From positions 1,088,001 to 1,152,000 of the forward strand of contig CAXXJJ010000001.1 in the NCBI GenBank assembly GCA_963667015.2: a stretch of 64,000 bases of DNA, read 5' to 3'. Shown here in pieces: positions 61,361 through 64,000 of the stretch. Below the pieces are notes generated by a model that saw nothing but the letters and a program-made list of their open reading frames with translations, was not told the DNA's origin and ran no database searches. Both the position numbers and the translations under genes were made by a program. The stretch comes from Desulfatiglandales bacterium. GTDB taxonomy: Bacteria > Desulfobacterota > DSM-4660 > Desulfatiglandales > HGW-15. Within the stretch, counting starts at the first letter, position 1, and each line of letters starts with the position of its first letter.

Positions 61361-62254
61361 ATGCACAACAGGGAATATCTTGAAGGATTTGTTAATAAGT
61401 ATATTAAGGCTCTGGAGAAAAAGGATTTTTCTGAACTTCCTGTATCTGACTCCTATAAATATTCTGAAAACTGTGAACTGATCAGACTCGGGGAAGGGAT
61501 CATTACCTGGCCGGTAAAAGAGACTGTAAGGCTTGATATATATGATGTTAAGACAGGTCAGGCGGCAGTTCAGTCGGTTCTTGATAATGGTGAAAGGCTT
61601 ATCATGTTTTTCCTGCGTCTTAAAATTGAGAATGATAAAATCACCGAGATTGAGACCCTGGTAAACCCGGGGGAAAAGGGTGTTCCTATCCCATTTAACC
61701 CTGCAAATATAACTGAGATATCAGATCACTGGAAAAGATCCATAAGACCTGCTGAACGGGATTCCCGGTTCAAACTCATGGATGTTGCAGACGGTTACTG
61801 GCGGGCAATGGAAACCGAAGGGACAGCAGATTATGTAAGACCTGCAGTTCTTCCTGATACAGAGAGATATGAAAACGGCATGCACACCACAAACGAGGTA
61901 ATGCCTGATTTTTCCGAGATATTCGGTGATTCTGCACCCCTGTTTGTGCCGGCATATCCCTTTCCTGACAGAGGGCCGCGTACAGCCCTTGCTGATTTTG
62001 ATCACGGCACATGGACCGGCACAAAGGTGGCAGACAGGCGTTATCCGGTAATTGATGAGGAGAGGGGTATTATTGTAAGTCTTGCAAGATTTGGCAGCCT
62101 TAAGGAAGACAGGTCAAAGAATCCCGATGCCGGACCTGCCCCCTATGTGGCGGAATTTTTTGCTGTAACCAGGGGATGGATAAGGGAAGTGCATGTTGTA
62201 ATTGCCGGTGTAAAACCCTGTGTGCCTACTCCCTGGCCTTTGGATGTATATTAG
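61361..62254 (+). CDS. Hypothetical protein, possibly tandem NTF2/SnoaL-like domains
   Basis: SD AGGAG; two similar halves (KYSEN...LRLKIENDKITEIE and RYENG...EFFAVTRGWIREV). Confidence 0.6.
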   Translation: MHNREYLEGFVNKYIKALEKKDFSELPVSDSYKYSENCELIRLGEGIITWPVKETVRLDIYDVKTGQAAVQSVLDNGERLIMFFLRLKIENDKITEIETLVNPGEKGVPIPFNPANITEISDHWKRSIRPAERDSRFKLMDVADGYWRAMETEGTADYVRPAVLPDTERYENGMHTTNEVMPDFSEIFGDSAPLFVPAYPFPDRGPRTALADFDHGTWTGTKVADRRYPVIDEERGIIVSLARFGSLKEDRSKNPDAGPAPYVAEFFAVTRGWIREVHVVIAGVKPCVPTPWPLDVY

Positions 62255-62386
62255 AGAGAAAGGGTTCAAGGGGTCAAGTGAAAAACTTTATTAACCTCGA
62301 ACACCCCTGTAAGCTTATTAATGTTTTGATATATCGGGAAATTGCGAATATCCTGGATACAGGTTTGAAACCCTCTACAAAACGAA

Positions 62387-63772
62387 TCACGGGCATCTTA
62401 TTATTCCCTGTCCCCAGAGGCATGCCCCGCATGTGGGGAACCTGTTACCTATACAGTCTTCCTCGTTTTTCTGTGACAGGTCGCAGCCGCCGCATGTAAT
62501 GCAGGGGGCAAAATCATAGTCAAGTACGCGTTCCCTGAATGCCTTGTGCTCGGGGGTATTCCAGAGGTCATACAGGTCTTGATCAATCACGCTGCCTATT
62601 GCCCATTTTTTTGAATGGCGTCCGTCATAGTTTAAAAATCCAAGATAGCAGTCATGACTGTGTAAAAGCGGGAGACACGGGCTCAGGTTACCGTCCCAGC
62701 CGATGGCACCCGCCCCAGCGTCTATAAAAGGGCACCTGTTTCTGAGTTTTTCAGCACTGACAAAAGGGACGGTCATTGTAATTTTATCTGCAGATTTTCG
62801 AATTGATTCCAGAACCGATTCGTCCATGTCCATTAAGGGGAGGTCCAGATTGAAATTATTCCTGTTGATGGATTTGTAGTACAGAGATTCATCTACCATT
62901 TCCTTTGTATAGGGGAGTACATTTGTTACCATCATACGCGTCGCGCCGATATCGGTACTTATCTCTATTACAGCAGGAAGTTCGCTTATATTGCGTTTCA
63001 TTGCAACAAAGACAACACCGATTTCCATATGCTGTTTAAAGCCGTGCCTGCCCCCGTTAAGCCTGTTTAACAGGGTAAGGTTTTCAAGTATATTGGGCAG
63101 TTCTGCTCCCATCCTAATATCAGAAAAGCTGTCTGGAGTTGATCCGTCCAGGGATACCCACAGTGTATCGAGCCCGACATCTATCAGGGATTTTATCATG
63201 TCTTCTTTTAGAAGGGTGCCGTTAGTGATGAGCTCTGCTTTCATGCCCAGTGATTTGAATCGGGAAATCATATCCAGTATCTTCGGGTGGAAGAGGGGCT
63301 CTCCAAATCCCCCGAAAAATACCCTGTCGGGGAGTGATGGAAAGGAATGTATCCCTTTGATAACTGCCTCAAAGACCTCTTCGGACATCATTCCCGAAGG
63401 TTCATTCCATACATGACGGATACATGTGCGGCAGTTGAGGTTGCACAGGTTTGTTACCTCAATATACAATTTTGATAAACGCATGGGAAGGCGAAGTGTT
63501 ATGGTGTTTCCCTCTCTATCAAATCTGACCCTGTCCCCAGGGCTGACTCCCATGCCGGATACCGAATTTTCAGGTATTATAAGGTTTCCCGATGGATCGG
63601 TCTCAAAATATTCATGTCTTTGTGTGCTCTTCAGCTTATTGTTTCTATCCTGCATCATTAAAATATTAAAACCCTGTTTGCGGAGTTCTTCCTCCATTTT
63701 AAAATTATTTGTCTGTGTATTTTTACAAAGAGTTATAACATAGTCAAATCCTTTATCCAGATGATAATCCAT
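62387..63772 (-). CDS. Radical SAM/SPASM protein with N-terminal AbrB-like domain (tungsten-cofactor oxidoreductase maturase-like); true start may be further downstream
   Basis: CNLNCRTC, GGFGEPL, ITNG, VSLDG; SPASM CPF...SPC...CITCGGC...DC...CGAC; AbrB-like GNLIIPE...GVSPGDRV. Confidence 0.8.
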   Translation of the reverse strand: MDYHLDKGFDYVITLCKNTQTNNFKMEEELRKQGFNILMMQDRNNKLKSTQRHEYFETDPSGNLIIPENSVSGMGVSPGDRVRFDREGNTITLRLPMRLSKLYIEVTNLCNLNCRTCIRHVWNEPSGMMSEEVFEAVIKGIHSFPSLPDRVFFGGFGEPLFHPKILDMISRFKSLGMKAELITNGTLLKEDMIKSLIDVGLDTLWVSLDGSTPDSFSDIRMGAELPNILENLTLLNRLNGGRHGFKQHMEIGVVFVAMKRNISELPAVIEISTDIGATRMMVTNVLPYTKEMVDESLYYKSINRNNFNLDLPLMDMDESVLESIRKSADKITMTVPFVSAEKLRNRCPFIDAGAGAIGWDGNLSPCLPLLHSHDCYLGFLNYDGRHSKKWAIGSVIDQDLYDLWNTPEHKAFRERVLDYDFAPCITCGGCDLSQKNEEDCIGNRFPTCGACLWGQGIIRCP

Positions 63773-63899
63773 GCCCTGTGGCGATAAGTCTGATAACGTC
63801 GGTTTTACTGGAACAATACAGCATTTGTATGATAATCAGATGGGGGTTTACACCTAATACTGTTGACTTAATAAAATCAAACAGATATTTCGGTTTAAT

Positions 63900-63927
63900 C
63901 GTCATCCCCGCGGAGGCGGAGATGACG
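63900..63927. repeat. CGTC-type REP-like palindrome
   Basis: CGTCATCCCCGC-GGAG-GCGGAGATGACG. Confidence 0.5.
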
Positions 63928-64000
63928 AACTATAAAGCTTGAATCAACAACATCGGGTTTTACACACCACAATGAAAGGACAGGTTTCAGGAATTTACAT

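Noticed and set aside
62387..63772. Activating enzyme for the glycyl radical enzyme
   Set aside because: SPASM-type architecture, lacks the GRE-activase GCPLRCxWC motif, and is 52 kb away

Overview
A 64 kb chromosomal window, probably from an anaerobic Desulfobacterota (deltaproteobacterial) genome; this taxon is inferred from gene content only. No rRNA, tRNA, CRISPR array or intact transposase/integrase was seen. (1) 0.6-18.7 kb: signalling and envelope genes (periplasmic-sensor/PAS histidine kinase, multi-TM patatin, dipeptidase, OmpA, Ser/Thr kinase-cNMP, class III cyclase-TPR) plus a glycyl radical enzyme coupled to a frameshifted fabH. (2) 19.9-34.4 kb: an acidic surface lipoprotein with three 306-bp repeats, a TonB-dependent receptor and a six-gene TtpC/TonB2-type energizing operon. 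(3) 34.6-51.5 kb: a likely anaerobic polyhydroxy-aromatic catabolic region with a pyrogallol-transhydroxylase-like Mo enzyme, BKACE, hydroxyacid dehydrogenase, thiolase, SDR and aromatic-acid MFS. It also holds two tandem exported selenoproteins (in-frame UGA in a UGSC motif plus a conserved SECIS-like hairpin), which the ORF track splits into four ORFs. (4) 51.5-61.3 kb: a plastic island of TA modules, Fic and gene fragments, with a kinase + putative TIM-barrel + PD-(D/E)xK cassette. It is punctuated by two non-coding repeat families, one bracketing the cassette and one lying at gene-truncation junctions. (5) 61.4-63.8 kb: a hypothetical protein and an AbrB-radical SAM/SPASM maturase.
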